Part shown: piece by piece, positions 8,646 to 19,709 of the stretch
Layout of the letters: every line of letters starts with the position of its first letter
Numbering within the stretch: the stretch's first letter is position 1
NCBI GenBank assembly: GCA_051745145.1
Contig: JBNJDT010000015.1
Span: 1 to 33,775, forward strand
DNA length: 33,775 bases
Source of the DNA: Elusimicrobiota bacterium
GTDB lineage: Bacteria > CG03 > SLGR01 > JAGXOG01
Direction: 5' to 3'
Made by a program: the position numbers and the translations under genes
Notes under the pieces: generated by a model
What the model saw: the letters and a program-made list of their open reading frames with translations, nothing else
What the model was told of the DNA's origin: nothing
Database searches by the model: none

Positions 8646-10964
8646 TTATTTTTCAAGCAGACTGCCGGCTATATCAACCGCTTTCAGGGCGTCCTTTCCG
8701 TAATACGCTCCTATTTTTTGGGCATAGTTTTTCCTTACAGCCGCTCCCCCGATAATCACCGGAATATCCATATTCCGGGTTTTTAGTTTCTTAACCACTT
8801 TCTCCATACAGCCCATTGTGGTTGTCATCAAAGAAGAAAGAGCTATAATATCCGCTCCCCACTTTCGGGCCTCTTCAACTATTTTACCGGCAGAATTATC
8901 CACCCCCATATCCTTAACCTTAAAGGAGTGGTTTTTTAAAATCAAAGTAACTAAATTTTTACCGATGTCATGAATATCACCTTCCACAGTAGCTATTAAT
9001 ATTTTCCCCTTTTTATTTAAGCTCCCCCCCTCTTCTTTTATCCTGTCGGAAATTATGTCCATGGTTTTCTGGGCGGCCCGGGCCGACTCAATCAGCTGGG
9101 GCAGAAAAATTTGTTTTTTATTGTATTTTTCCCCTACTTTTTTAAGAGCCGGTATTACCGATTGATTTATTATTTTCAGTCCCGTATTACCGTCCAACCT
9201 TTTTTCGACAATTTCAGAGGATTTTGGAGAATTTCCCTCTAAAATAGCCTGCGATAGTTTATCTTCAAATTCAAAGGTATCTCCTTTCGGAGAGAAATAT
9301 TCAATATATTTTTTAATATTAACAGAACTTTTTCTTCCGGAAATCGCCGCCGACGCATACATATTGTACATTAAATCTTTATCCATCGGATTTACGATTA
9401 TTCCCGAAATTCCCCTGTAAACGGTTATGGCGGTAAAAACCTGATTGAGTAAAGCCTGCTGGGGAAGGCCGGAAGAAATATTGCTGATTCCCAATAAAGT
9501 GGGCCGATCAATTTCCGTTAAAGCCTTAATCGTATTTCTTGCACTCCCCGGTTTCGAGGAGAGAGCAAATGCAACCGGATCAATTATTATATTTTCTTCG
9601 GCAATACCCGCCTGAGTTGTCTTCTTTACAATCTTCCGGGCTATATTTACCTTTTTCTCAACCTTATTGGGAACCCCTTCCTCATCCATACACAGCCCCA
9701 CAAAAGGAATTCCGTATTTTTTCACTACCGGCAACAGATTTTCAAGTTTCTTTTCCTCCCCTGAAATTGAATTTAAAAGAGGCACCCCGCCGCACCGGCG
9801 GACAGTCTTTTTTAATACTTCAGGATTCTGGCAATCCAAAACCAGGGGCAGTCCAACCCGCCTGGACAACTTATCTGCAATCTGGGGCAGTCTCTCCTCC
9901 TGATTAGCTAAATTTATATCCAGAGCATCCGCTCCGGCCTTTTTCTGCTTTAAACCCTCTTTTACGATTTTTTCGTCGGATTTTTTCAATTCCGGATGTG
10001 CGGTTAAATTAATTCTCTCACCGATCACTACCGGAAAATCGTTAAATTCCGCCCAGGAGGTTCTGGAAGCAATTACAACCGGTATTTTTTCCGGAGCGGG
10101 CTCCCAGAATTCTGAACTTAATTTACCGAAATCTTGAACCATCTTCTTAATAAATTCCGGATCAGTGCCACAACACCCCCCTACGTAAGTAGCTCCTTCT
10201 TTTATTAATTTTTTAACGTTCTCCGCATAACTTTCCGGATCCATACTATATACGGTCCGGTTATCTTTATACTCCGGCAGACCCGCATTTGCCTGAACAA
10301 TAATCGGCTTTTTGGTAACTCTTCTCATCCGCTTAACCGGTTCCCTGAGCTTCTCCGGTCCAAAAGAACAGTTAACCCCCAGTACATCAGCTCCCAGGCT
10401 GTCCATTACCCGGGCGGCTACTTCAGGAGGGGTGCCGGTAGAAGTGCGGTCTCCTTCAGAAAAAGTCATTGTAGAAAATACCGGGATACCGGGGGCCACC
10501 TCTCCGGCCGCCAGAAGAGCTGCTTTCATTTCCAGAATATCATCCATGGTCTCTATTATAATAAGATCCACTTCTTCTTTGGCCATAATTTCCAGCTGGC
10601 TTTTAAAAATCTCCACTCCCTCTTCAAATTCTAATTTTCCTACCGGTTTTATCATTTTTCCGGTGGGCCCGACAGAACCGGCTATTTTTACTTTCCGGGA
10701 GGCAGATGCTTCGCCGACAGCTTCTTTAGCTAATCTTATACCCCGTCTATTTAATTTTTTGTAATTGCTGTAATTCACCGAAGTGGCCGAAAAGGTATTG
10801 GTTTCAATAATCTGGGAACCGGCTTTGATATATTCCCGGTGAATTTTTTTCACCGTATCCGGAGCTTTTAAATTAGCCAGGGTAGAAGCTTCCTCACCCA
10901 GGGATTTTAACCGGGTACCCATGGCTCCGTCCAGAAAAACTAACGGTGAACCGGACTTATTCAT
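8646..10964 (-). CDS. metH: B12-dependent methionine synthase (homocysteine-binding, pterin-binding, cap and cobalamin-binding domains; no C-terminal reactivation domain)
   Basis: LDGAMGT, ETNTF, GVNC and GGCCG zinc ligands, IGERIN, EGDIHDIGKN (DxHxxG). Start placed at the ATG at 10964, which forms an ATGA overlap with the upstream stop; the ORF track starts at 10976. Confidence 0.92.
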   Translation of the reverse strand: MNKSGSPLVFLDGAMGTRLKSLGEEASTLANLKAPDTVKKIHREYIKAGSQIIETNTFSATSVNYSNYKKLNRRGIRLAKEAVGEASASRKVKIAGSVGPTGKMIKPVGKLEFEEGVEIFKSQLEIMAKEEVDLIIIETMDDILEMKAALLAAGEVAPGIPVFSTMTFSEGDRTSTGTPPEVAARVMDSLGADVLGVNCSFGPEKLREPVKRMRRVTKKPIIVQANAGLPEYKDNRTVYSMDPESYAENVKKLIKEGATYVGGCCGTDPEFIKKMVQDFGKLSSEFWEPAPEKIPVVIASRTSWAEFNDFPVVIGERINLTAHPELKKSDEKIVKEGLKQKKAGADALDINLANQEERLPQIADKLSRRVGLPLVLDCQNPEVLKKTVRRCGGVPLLNSISGEEKKLENLLPVVKKYGIPFVGLCMDEEGVPNKVEKKVNIARKIVKKTTQAGIAEENIIIDPVAFALSSKPGSARNTIKALTEIDRPTLLGISNISSGLPQQALLNQVFTAITVYRGISGIIVNPMDKDLMYNMYASAAISGRKSSVNIKKYIEYFSPKGDTFEFEDKLSQAILEGNSPKSSEIVEKRLDGNTGLKIINQSVIPALKKVGEKYNKKQIFLPQLIESARAAQKTMDIISDRIKEEGGSLNKKGKILIATVEGDIHDIGKNLVTLILKNHSFKVKDMGVDNSAGKIVEEARKWGADIIALSSLMTTTMGCMEKVVKKLKTRNMDIPVIIGGAAVRKNYAQKIGAYYGKDALKAVDIAGSLLEK

Positions 10965-11566
10965 TCTTGTATCCATCCCTGGAGAGCGGTAATTGATTTT
11001 CTAGGCTCCAATATATTACTTTCCGGGTTGATTTTTATATCTATTTTTTCAACGGGAAGTTTTTCTATCAAGCTTCGGGAGGCTTCCAGGGGCCAGTCTC
11101 CGTAACCGGGGGATATCCTGTTGCTAAGATAACACTCCTCCGCTTTTGCCTCTCTTCTTATTATCCGGGAAATAAAATTCACGGACTGCTCGGCGGCCTC
11201 CGAAGCCCCGGCGTCCAGAATGAACGCCCGGGTCAAATCATCTTTCTTCAACCTGTTAATTTCCCGTTCAATCTCTTTTCCTATTGTTGCGGCCATTATT
11301 GTAACTGCAAAAGAATCTTTCACTATACCTTCTGCTTTTTCTGAACCAAAAAGTATATCGTCCTTCAAGTTTTTAAATTCTTCTGAACTTTTAAGGTAGG
11401 TGTCATAAACCGCGGAGGGATAAATTAAACTATAAGTATTTTCTACTTGCTGCTGAATTATTTTTTCTGTCTTTTCGTCAATATTCTCAACCCGGGAAGT
11501 ATATTTCAAATTTCTGAGAATTTCCCGTTTCCTTAATTTAATTTTAAATCCTCTTATTTTTTTCAT
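10961..11566 (-). CDS. Stand-alone methionine synthase reactivation (SAM-binding) domain
   Basis: MAATIG, LDAGASEAAEQ, RISPGYGDWPL, PRKSITA motifs; directly upstream of and overlapping metH. ATG at 11566 preferred over the TTG at 11593. Confidence 0.85.
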   Translation of the reverse strand: MKKIRGFKIKLRKREILRNLKYTSRVENIDEKTEKIIQQQVENTYSLIYPSAVYDTYLKSSEEFKNLKDDILFGSEKAEGIVKDSFAVTIMAATIGKEIEREINRLKKDDLTRAFILDAGASEAAEQSVNFISRIIRREAKAEECYLSNRISPGYGDWPLEASRSLIEKLPVEKIDIKINPESNILEPRKSITALQGWIQE

Positions 11567-11659
11567 TTTATTTAATACCCCGGATAACCACAAATACCTA
11601 TTAAATATTAAAAGATTTGTTTCCCCCTTTCATTTTAGGGAATATATTTAAATTAGATA

Positions 11660-12544
11660 CTATTGTTTTTTCTTACTCTGCCAGGCATAAACAAGCGGAG
11701 AGGCCACATAAACTGAAGAATACGTCCCCACTATTATACCGGAAAGAAGGGCCACAGAAAATCCGTGTAAAACTTCTCCCCCTTTGAAAAACAATGCCAG
11801 TACGACTACTAAAGTTGTCCCCGAAGTCACTATAGTCCGGGACAGAGTATCATTAATACTTATATTTATAACGTCAAAAAAGGAACTTTTATATTTAAGT
11901 TTCCTATTTTCCCTGATTCTGTCATAAACAACAATAGAATCATTAATAGAATACCCGGCTAAAGTTAAAAGAGCGGCAACCACCGGTAAATTTATAGTTA
12001 CCCCGGTGAAACTGAGTACCCCGAATGTTATTATTACATCGTGTATTAAAGCAATAACCGCAGCCAGGCCCCACACTCCCCCTTTAAACCGCCAGGCTAC
12101 GTAAATTATTATACCCAGAAATGCAAACAAAAAAGCTTTAATTGCCTTTTCTCTTAAATACCCCCCCACCGCCGGACCTACTGTTTCACTTCTTAAAACT
12201 GTAAATTCTTTATCTTCTAAATTTTTTCTAAAACTCTGTTCTATCTTATCAACTACCCCGTCCTCCTGGCTTCTCACCCGGATAATGGCTATCTGTTCAT
12301 TTTTAAACTGCTGTATATTATTATCTACAAACCCCTCTTTTTCCAGAATATTTCTCAAATCACCTGAAGAAGGCGCCTTTTCAAATTTAATATGAACAAG
12401 TGAACCCCCGGTAAAATCTATCCCCCAGTTGGGAGATTTTAAAGCCACGTGAATTATAGATAAAATCACCAGTAGCACCGAAACAAAAAAGGCCACTTTT
12501 CTCTTACTTAAAAAATCTATGTGAGTATCACTTAAAATCCGCAT
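11660..12544 (-). CDS. secF: Protein translocase subunit SecF
   Basis: GIDFTGG, VGPAVG, HDVIIT, AALLTLAGYSINDSIVVYDRIRE, GTYSSVYVA. Confidence 0.97.
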   Translation of the reverse strand: MRILSDTHIDFLSKRKVAFFVSVLLVILSIIHVALKSPNWGIDFTGGSLVHIKFEKAPSSGDLRNILEKEGFVDNNIQQFKNEQIAIIRVRSQEDGVVDKIEQSFRKNLEDKEFTVLRSETVGPAVGGYLREKAIKAFLFAFLGIIIYVAWRFKGGVWGLAAVIALIHDVIITFGVLSFTGVTINLPVVAALLTLAGYSINDSIVVYDRIRENRKLKYKSSFFDVINISINDTLSRTIVTSGTTLVVVLALFFKGGEVLHGFSVALLSGIIVGTYSSVYVASPLVYAWQSKKKQ

Positions 12545-13899
12545 TATATGCTTATTTCCTCTATTTTCCTTTCCTGGGTTAACAGTTCAAATATTGTTTT
12601 AGATACCACAATAGCGGTGAATACCGAGGCCACTATTCCTATAAATAAGGTCACCGCAAAACCTTTTACCGGACCGGTACCGAATTGAAATAAAAAAGCT
12701 GCGGCAATCAGGGTGGTAATATTGGCATCTAAAATTGTCGTTGTCGCTTTACTGTACCCTGCATCAATAGCCACCCGGGGAGTTTTACCAAGTTTCAACT
12801 CTTCTCTTATTCTTTCAAAAATCAGGACATTGGCATCTACGGCCATACCTATGATCAAAATTATTCCGGCGATGCCGGGTAAAGTAAGGGTAAAGCGAAA
12901 ATAGGCCATAGCTCCCAAAAGCAGAATTATATTCATAACCAGGGCCACATCAGCAATAATCCCCGCCTTTTTATAATACATCATCATAAAGGCGAGCACT
13001 ACAATAAATCCTATAAGCATGGCCGTAACTCCGTCGGTAATTGAATCTCTTCCCAGGGATGGCCCTATGGTCCGGTTCTCAATTATCTTTACAGGAGCCG
13101 GAAGAGCTCCAGCCCGCAAAACGATAGCCAGATCTCTGGCCGATTCCATATCAAACTGCCCTTCTATAATTCCCTGTCCCCCGGGAATTCTATCTCTTAT
13201 AACCGGAGCTGACTGCACTACACCATCTAATACAATAGCTAAACGCCGGTCTACATTGGCTGCGGTGATATCTTCAAATTTATCGGCAGCGTCATCTTTT
13301 AAATAAAAATTTATCCGGGGCTGCCCGAATTCACCGCCTACATTTACTTTAGCATCCTCAAGTGCCGCACCGGTAAGCTCGGCTTCTTTTTCAACCAGAA
13401 AACGGTTTCTCCGGCGGTCTTCTAAAATTTCAAATCCCTCGGGCACTTCTTCATCTTCTCCGGGAATTTCTTCTTCGCTAATAAGCCTGAATTCCAGCAA
13501 TGCCGTGCGCCCTATCAAGTCCAGCGCTCTATCCGGTTCTTTTACGCCCGGAAGCTGAACTACTATCCACCTGTCCCCCTGGCGGGCTATTAAAGGTTCA
13601 GAAACCCCGAACTGATCCACCCTGTTTCTCATAATTTCCAGGGCCTGATCCATGGCGTCTTTTTTATCCAGTTCTTCAGGAGCCTTCTCCAGATCAACTT
13701 CCAGCATTAAATGCATCCCCCCCTGAAGATCAAGACCAAGATTTAAGATTTTTCCGACAAGGGGATCCTCAACTTCTCTCAGTTTAGTTCTTTCCTGGGA
13801 AGGCTTGGAATACCAGCTAAAGGTAGGGTATAAAAACCATACTGCCGCTCCTAAAAGCAAAAGAGTTACTGTTATTTTCCACTGCGTAATTTTATTCAT
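12544..13899 (-). CDS. secD: Protein translocase subunit SecD
   Basis: LGLDLQGG, RNRVDQFGVSEP, LRAGALPAP, IGPSLG, GMAVDANVLIFERIREE, DANITT. Confidence 0.97.
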   Translation of the reverse strand: MNKITQWKITVTLLLLGAAVWFLYPTFSWYSKPSQERTKLREVEDPLVGKILNLGLDLQGGMHLMLEVDLEKAPEELDKKDAMDQALEIMRNRVDQFGVSEPLIARQGDRWIVVQLPGVKEPDRALDLIGRTALLEFRLISEEEIPGEDEEVPEGFEILEDRRRNRFLVEKEAELTGAALEDAKVNVGGEFGQPRINFYLKDDAADKFEDITAANVDRRLAIVLDGVVQSAPVIRDRIPGGQGIIEGQFDMESARDLAIVLRAGALPAPVKIIENRTIGPSLGRDSITDGVTAMLIGFIVVLAFMMMYYKKAGIIADVALVMNIILLLGAMAYFRFTLTLPGIAGIILIIGMAVDANVLIFERIREELKLGKTPRVAIDAGYSKATTTILDANITTLIAAAFLFQFGTGPVKGFAVTLFIGIVASVFTAIVVSKTIFELLTQERKIEEISI

Positions 13900-13954
13900 A
13901 GACTATTATATTCGGCATATTCAAACAATATTTTTCTACTGTACAATGTAGAAT

Positions 13955-14288
13955 TTATTCTTCTACAACTTCGGCCTGCTTAGTATTATCAATTACCGAC
14001 GAAACAGACTGCTTATTTATCAATACCCGGGTATTAGAGGCTATTTCCACTTCTATCTGCTTGCCTTTAAGAGCAGTTACTTTTCCGTGTATCCCCCCGG
14101 AAGTCACTATCTTATCTCCCTTTTGAATATTATCCACCATTTCACTGTGCTTTTCCATCTGCTTTTTCTGAGGTCTTATTAATAAAAAATAGAATACCCC
14201 GAAAATTAAAATTATCGGTATAAGACTTCCCCAGACAGATCCCGCCTGTTCAGCTCCGGCGGGAGCCTCACCCATAGCATATAATAAT

Positions 14289-14296
<8 letters not shown>
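13955..14296 (-). CDS. yajC: Preprotein translocase subunit YajC
   Basis: FYFLLIRPQKKQ, KGDKIVTSGGIHG. ATG at 14296 with GAGGTG RBS at 14303-14308. Confidence 0.95.
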
Positions 14297-15702
<1,406 letters not shown>

Positions 15703-16740
15703 TTAATCTATCCTTTCATCCACAAAAAGCATCCCGTCGCCATAGGATAAAAACCTATAGTCCCGATTTAAAGCCTCGTTATACAAATCAAGTAATACCT
15801 TCTCGCCCCGGCCAGGTAAAAAATTATCTATGTAAGCTGCAACCATTTTTAAAAGCGGGGTCCCGGGCAAATGAAAATTAGTTAAGAAATACTTTCTGGT
15901 TTTAAACCTGTACCCGGGCTTTATATAAAGCCCCGTCTTTCCTGTAAAAGGTCTGAATTTATCTTTTTTAAATACTGTTTCCAATGTTCTCATCATTGTA
16001 GTACCGCAGGTAATTATTTTATCGGCTTTATTTAGTTTTTTAGCTGATTTTTCAGTTAATTTAATCCTCTCCGGATCCGGTTTTTCCGCCAGAGGTCTGA
16101 AAGTTCCCGGTCCTATGTGTAAAGTTAACGGCACAAAATCAATACCTTTTTTACGTATCCTTTTTACAAGTTTATCCGTAAAATGAAGCGAAGATGTCGG
16201 GGCGGCCACCGACCCGGGTTTGCGGGCAAACAGGGATTGATAATTTTTATAATCATCTTCTTCTAAATTTCTTCTGGATATTATATACGGAGGTAACGGC
16301 GTATATCCGAAATCAAAAATATTTTTGGGGGTTTTTAACAGAAAAACGCCTTTATCTTTTTTTTCAATTATTTTGATTTCTGTTTTTTTATTATTAGAAC
16401 CGTTTACAGTTATATGCATTCCCCCCCTCAACCTGGCCGCCGGTTTTCCAAAGGCCCGCCAGATTTGCCCCCTGGTATCAGATGATTTCTTTTTTTCCAG
16501 TAATAAAAATTCCACTTTGCCGCCGGTAGTTTTTCTGCCGTGCAGCCGGGCGGGAATTACCTTGCTGTCATTTACCGCAAATACAGCGCCGGCATCTGTA
16601 TAGTCAACTATATTGTAAAATCTTTTGTGCTCTACCTGTCCGGAGGGAAGTTTAATGACCATTAATTTGCAGTTATGAGGGGGATCGGCCAGATGGAGCG
16701 CTATTTTCTCATCGGGAAGTTTATAATTTAATCTACTCAT
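15703..16740 (-). CDS. queA: SAM:tRNA ribosyltransferase-isomerase, divergent
   Basis: NDSKVIPARL, PLPPYI, YQSLFA..PGSVAAPT..LHF, TLHIGPGTF, GTT..RTLE, TNFHLP, YRFLSYGD; abuts tgt. Confidence 0.93.
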   Translation of the reverse strand: MSRLNYKLPDEKIALHLADPPHNCKLMVIKLPSGQVEHKRFYNIVDYTDAGAVFAVNDSKVIPARLHGRKTTGGKVEFLLLEKKKSSDTRGQIWRAFGKPAARLRGGMHITVNGSNNKKTEIKIIEKKDKGVFLLKTPKNIFDFGYTPLPPYIISRRNLEEDDYKNYQSLFARKPGSVAAPTSSLHFTDKLVKRIRKKGIDFVPLTLHIGPGTFRPLAEKPDPERIKLTEKSAKKLNKADKIITCGTTMMRTLETVFKKDKFRPFTGKTGLYIKPGYRFKTRKYFLTNFHLPGTPLLKMVAAYIDNFLPGRGEKVLLDLYNEALNRDYRFLSYGDGMLFVDERID

Positions 16741-16785
16741 TGCTGATTATTACTCTTTTTTTTTAAAGTTCACCGGTATTAAAAA

Positions 16786-17946
16786 CTAATACGCCCACTT
16801 TTCAATTTGGGTACCCGGGAAATAAAATCTCAATATATCGTCGTATTTATACCCTTCTTCGGCCATACCCTTTGCCCCCCACTGGCACATTCCCACGCCG
16901 TGTCCCCAGCCCCGTCCGTAAAAACTAAACTTTTTCTCATCTCTTTTTATAGACATAAGCGTGCTCTTTATTATATCCGGTCCGATGGCCATGCGAAAAG
17001 AATGACCGGTTAAAGCTGTGCGCCCTTTAGAATGAATTAGTAATAATTCATCTATCCGGCCAGAGGAAGTACGGGACAAAAATTTAATATCTTTAATCTT
17101 GCCTATATCGTATCCCTTCTTTTTTAACTTACCCTGCAGGACGGAAGGAGAAATTCTCTTTTCCCACCTGTACCTGGGAGAATCACGGCAATAACCGCAG
17201 GTAACCCCTTTCATATAAGGCAAATACGAACCCCATACATTTTTAATATTTGAGGTGTATCCCCCGCAACTTGAGAAAAAAAAGGCCCGGGCTAATTCAC
17301 CGTTATAGGTCAAAACCTGCCCTGAAGTTTTCCTGACCGCCCGGTTGGAAGATGGATTTTCTACTTCTACACCTTTGTACATCTGGGAAAAGACATCGGC
17401 CGAAAGATCATATCCCTTACTCTCATATTTACCTATATTATTCATAATAAAAGTACGGGAGACCACTGCCTGCGCTTTCAGGGATTCTATCGGCCATTCG
17501 GGAGAGACTTCTACCGGGAGAACTCCAAAAAGATATCCGTCAACTCCCAGTTCATTAACGGCAGTCAAAGTCCCGTTCTCTGCCTTCCGGATAATAACAG
17601 TATCCCGGTACCGGCGCCCGTTTATTCTTATATACTCTGTATCGTCGGCTGACACAAAACGAATCACACTTCCAAACTTTAATTCTCCGACTGACAGCCC
17701 GTCCCCGGATTTTTGAACTGTATAATTTTTCCCGGGCTCTAATATTTCCTTTTCCGAGGTATTAATATCAACAGCTTCAAACTTAGAATAATTTTTAACA
17801 TGTATTTCATTCTCTCCCGTTAAGAATCCAACTTTTATTATAGTTTTAGGGACTCGGGAAAGGGCAAATGCCGGATGGAATACCCCCAGTAGTAGGCCCC
17901 CGATAATTACTTGCACTAAAATACGGGATCCTCTATGAATTTTCAT
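16786..17946 (-). CDS. SpoIID/LytB domain protein (putative periplasmic lytic transglycosylase)
   Basis: Signal peptide ending AFA; YLFGVLPVE, ESLKAQAVVSRT, SQMYKG, FSSCGG, GWGHGVGMCQWGA, ILRFYFPG. Confidence 0.92.
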   Translation of the reverse strand: MKIHRGSRILVQVIIGGLLLGVFHPAFALSRVPKTIIKVGFLTGENEIHVKNYSKFEAVDINTSEKEILEPGKNYTVQKSGDGLSVGELKFGSVIRFVSADDTEYIRINGRRYRDTVIIRKAENGTLTAVNELGVDGYLFGVLPVEVSPEWPIESLKAQAVVSRTFIMNNIGKYESKGYDLSADVFSQMYKGVEVENPSSNRAVRKTSGQVLTYNGELARAFFFSSCGGYTSNIKNVWGSYLPYMKGVTCGYCRDSPRYRWEKRISPSVLQGKLKKKGYDIGKIKDIKFLSRTSSGRIDELLLIHSKGRTALTGHSFRMAIGPDIIKSTLMSIKRDEKKFSFYGRGWGHGVGMCQWGAKGMAEEGYKYDDILRFYFPGTQIEKWAY

Positions 17947-17976
17947 TACAGTGCTATTCCGTTAATCTAATAACTT

Positions 17977-19656
17977 TTATTGAGAAATATATTTATCGGT
18001 AGCTGCAATAATTTCACTCCAGCTTTCCTCATCTAAATCCCGGGTTGGAAAATAGGACCGGACCGTAATAATATTTCCCTCTATATTAGTAGCACTACCC
18101 GCCGGCTGCAGCCATCTGAGAGGTTCTACCGCCAGCAAATTAATTAAAGCAGTATCATTACCGATTAGACGGACGGCATTCTTACCTATGGAATTAGTGA
18201 AATTGTTTATATCAGCATATTTAAAACTGTAATATTTAGCTGGCAAAAAAGGTGTTATTTCTTTCCAGATAGAACTTTTATTCAAACTTTTTCCGTCACC
18301 GCGAGTAAAATCGACTACTTCTTCAAAACTGTCCTTTGAACTGGTTAAAACAACGATATCTTTACCCTGATAATCTATTTTACCTATACAGACTGCCAGC
18401 TTCTGCCCCAGTAAAATCGGGACCCCGCCCTGTTGATACTCCACATCGTTATAGGTCTTATTTTCCAAGTCAATACCCATACTTTCAGTGATAAGTTTGA
18501 TTAGACTTTTCGCACCTTTTGTTTTGTTAGCTTCTATTAATAATATTCCGGAAGGCAGCATCTTTTCAATTCTCGATGAAGTAACTTTTCCCAGAACATA
18601 ACCAAACTCGTCTCCGACATAGGAATCTAATGTCTTCATATCTATTTCTTCCGGTAAATTAAGCAACTCTGTATCCTTTAAATCTTCAAAATTTTCCTCT
18701 ACACTAAAATCATTTATTACCCCGGCTAACATCGGTTCTGCGGGCATTAGATCGATGAATTTTGATTTACTGCTTCTTTTCGATTCTGATTTTTCTTTTT
18801 GGTATCTATAAGATTTTACTTCCAATCCCCCATCGAAATTATATTCCTGATAAATATTGGGAGGCCCTATAAATGTTTTAACGGTATCCATATCTATACC
18901 GTCAGGGTAAATTTCCTCCATCAGCCGGGTTCCTTTTTCGTTATTTATAAAAATATATGCATCGGCGGTACTGTCTCTTTTATCTTTAATCCATCCGTAT
19001 TTCGAATTAAAATTTTCAAAATCCGCTTCGGCAGATATTAAATCCATGCTCCTTTTCAATAAACTTAAAGAATCGGAGGCAAAAACTTTTCCGTCGGCGA
19101 CAGTATAAAAGCTATTTTCGGAAAACTTTTGGATTCCACTTCCCCGGTATGTATCGACAATATTTTCTTCATCCGCCGACCGTTCGAAAAATTTTTCTTT
19201 CAACCCGGTTACATCCTGAAATTGGGATACCATGATGTAGTTATAATCAGCGTCTTTAGAGGAAGCCACATAGGCGGCAGCAACACTATTTTGGGCTATT
19301 ATATCCAGAATAGTTTCAGCTTTTACTTCCTCTCCGTCTAAATTTAATTTTACAGGATCGGATTCTTTTCCAGAAGTGTCGGTTATATTTTCATAAAAGT
19401 CACTTTTAACCAGAGCATTATAAAAATTTGTTTTCTTTAATGCCTTATAATTATCAGCAACCCCCTTAACCCCCGCTACTCCTACAAGAGGTTTTTTCTG
19501 TTCAGTTTCCGCTGGGATATACTGTAACAGAGTATCGCCCCGGGCGGCCGGAATATTAAAACGGTATTTAACGCCCCAGACAATAAGTGCCAGTACGACT
19601 ATAACTACTATTCCGGTTAAAATTCTTTTTGTTGATTTTTTCATCATAATAAACAT
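17977..19656 (-). CDS. Membrane-anchored extracytoplasmic hypothetical protein (DUF3352/DUF2138-like architecture)
   Basis: Basic N-terminus, one TM helix and a 530-aa soluble region with two apparent half-repeats (LLQYIPAE.. and FIDLMPAE..). GAGGT RBS at 19663-19667. Family assignment is by eye only. Confidence 0.6.
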   Translation of the reverse strand: MFIMMKKSTKRILTGIVVIVVLALIVWGVKYRFNIPAARGDTLLQYIPAETEQKKPLVGVAGVKGVADNYKALKKTNFYNALVKSDFYENITDTSGKESDPVKLNLDGEEVKAETILDIIAQNSVAAAYVASSKDADYNYIMVSQFQDVTGLKEKFFERSADEENIVDTYRGSGIQKFSENSFYTVADGKVFASDSLSLLKRSMDLISAEADFENFNSKYGWIKDKRDSTADAYIFINNEKGTRLMEEIYPDGIDMDTVKTFIGPPNIYQEYNFDGGLEVKSYRYQKEKSESKRSSKSKFIDLMPAEPMLAGVINDFSVEENFEDLKDTELLNLPEEIDMKTLDSYVGDEFGYVLGKVTSSRIEKMLPSGILLIEANKTKGAKSLIKLITESMGIDLENKTYNDVEYQQGGVPILLGQKLAVCIGKIDYQGKDIVVLTSSKDSFEEVVDFTRGDGKSLNKSSIWKEITPFLPAKYYSFKYADINNFTNSIGKNAVRLIGNDTALINLLAVEPLRWLQPAGSATNIEGNIITVRSYFPTRDLDEESWSEIIAATDKYISQ

Positions 19657-19709
19657 TGCTTTACCTCTTTAGTAATCTAATTACTTTACCATCTCTTAAA
19701 CAAATTCTG

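Noticed and set aside
11594..11659. Riboswitch or terminator between secF and the met genes
   Set aside because: The gap is short and AT-rich with no SAM or cobalamin riboswitch motifs; only a weak 6-bp stem with no adjacent U-tract.
16786..17946. SpoIID as evidence of sporulation
   Set aside because: SpoIID/LytB domains are widespread in non-sporulating diderms; no sporulation genes are in view and LPS genes are present.
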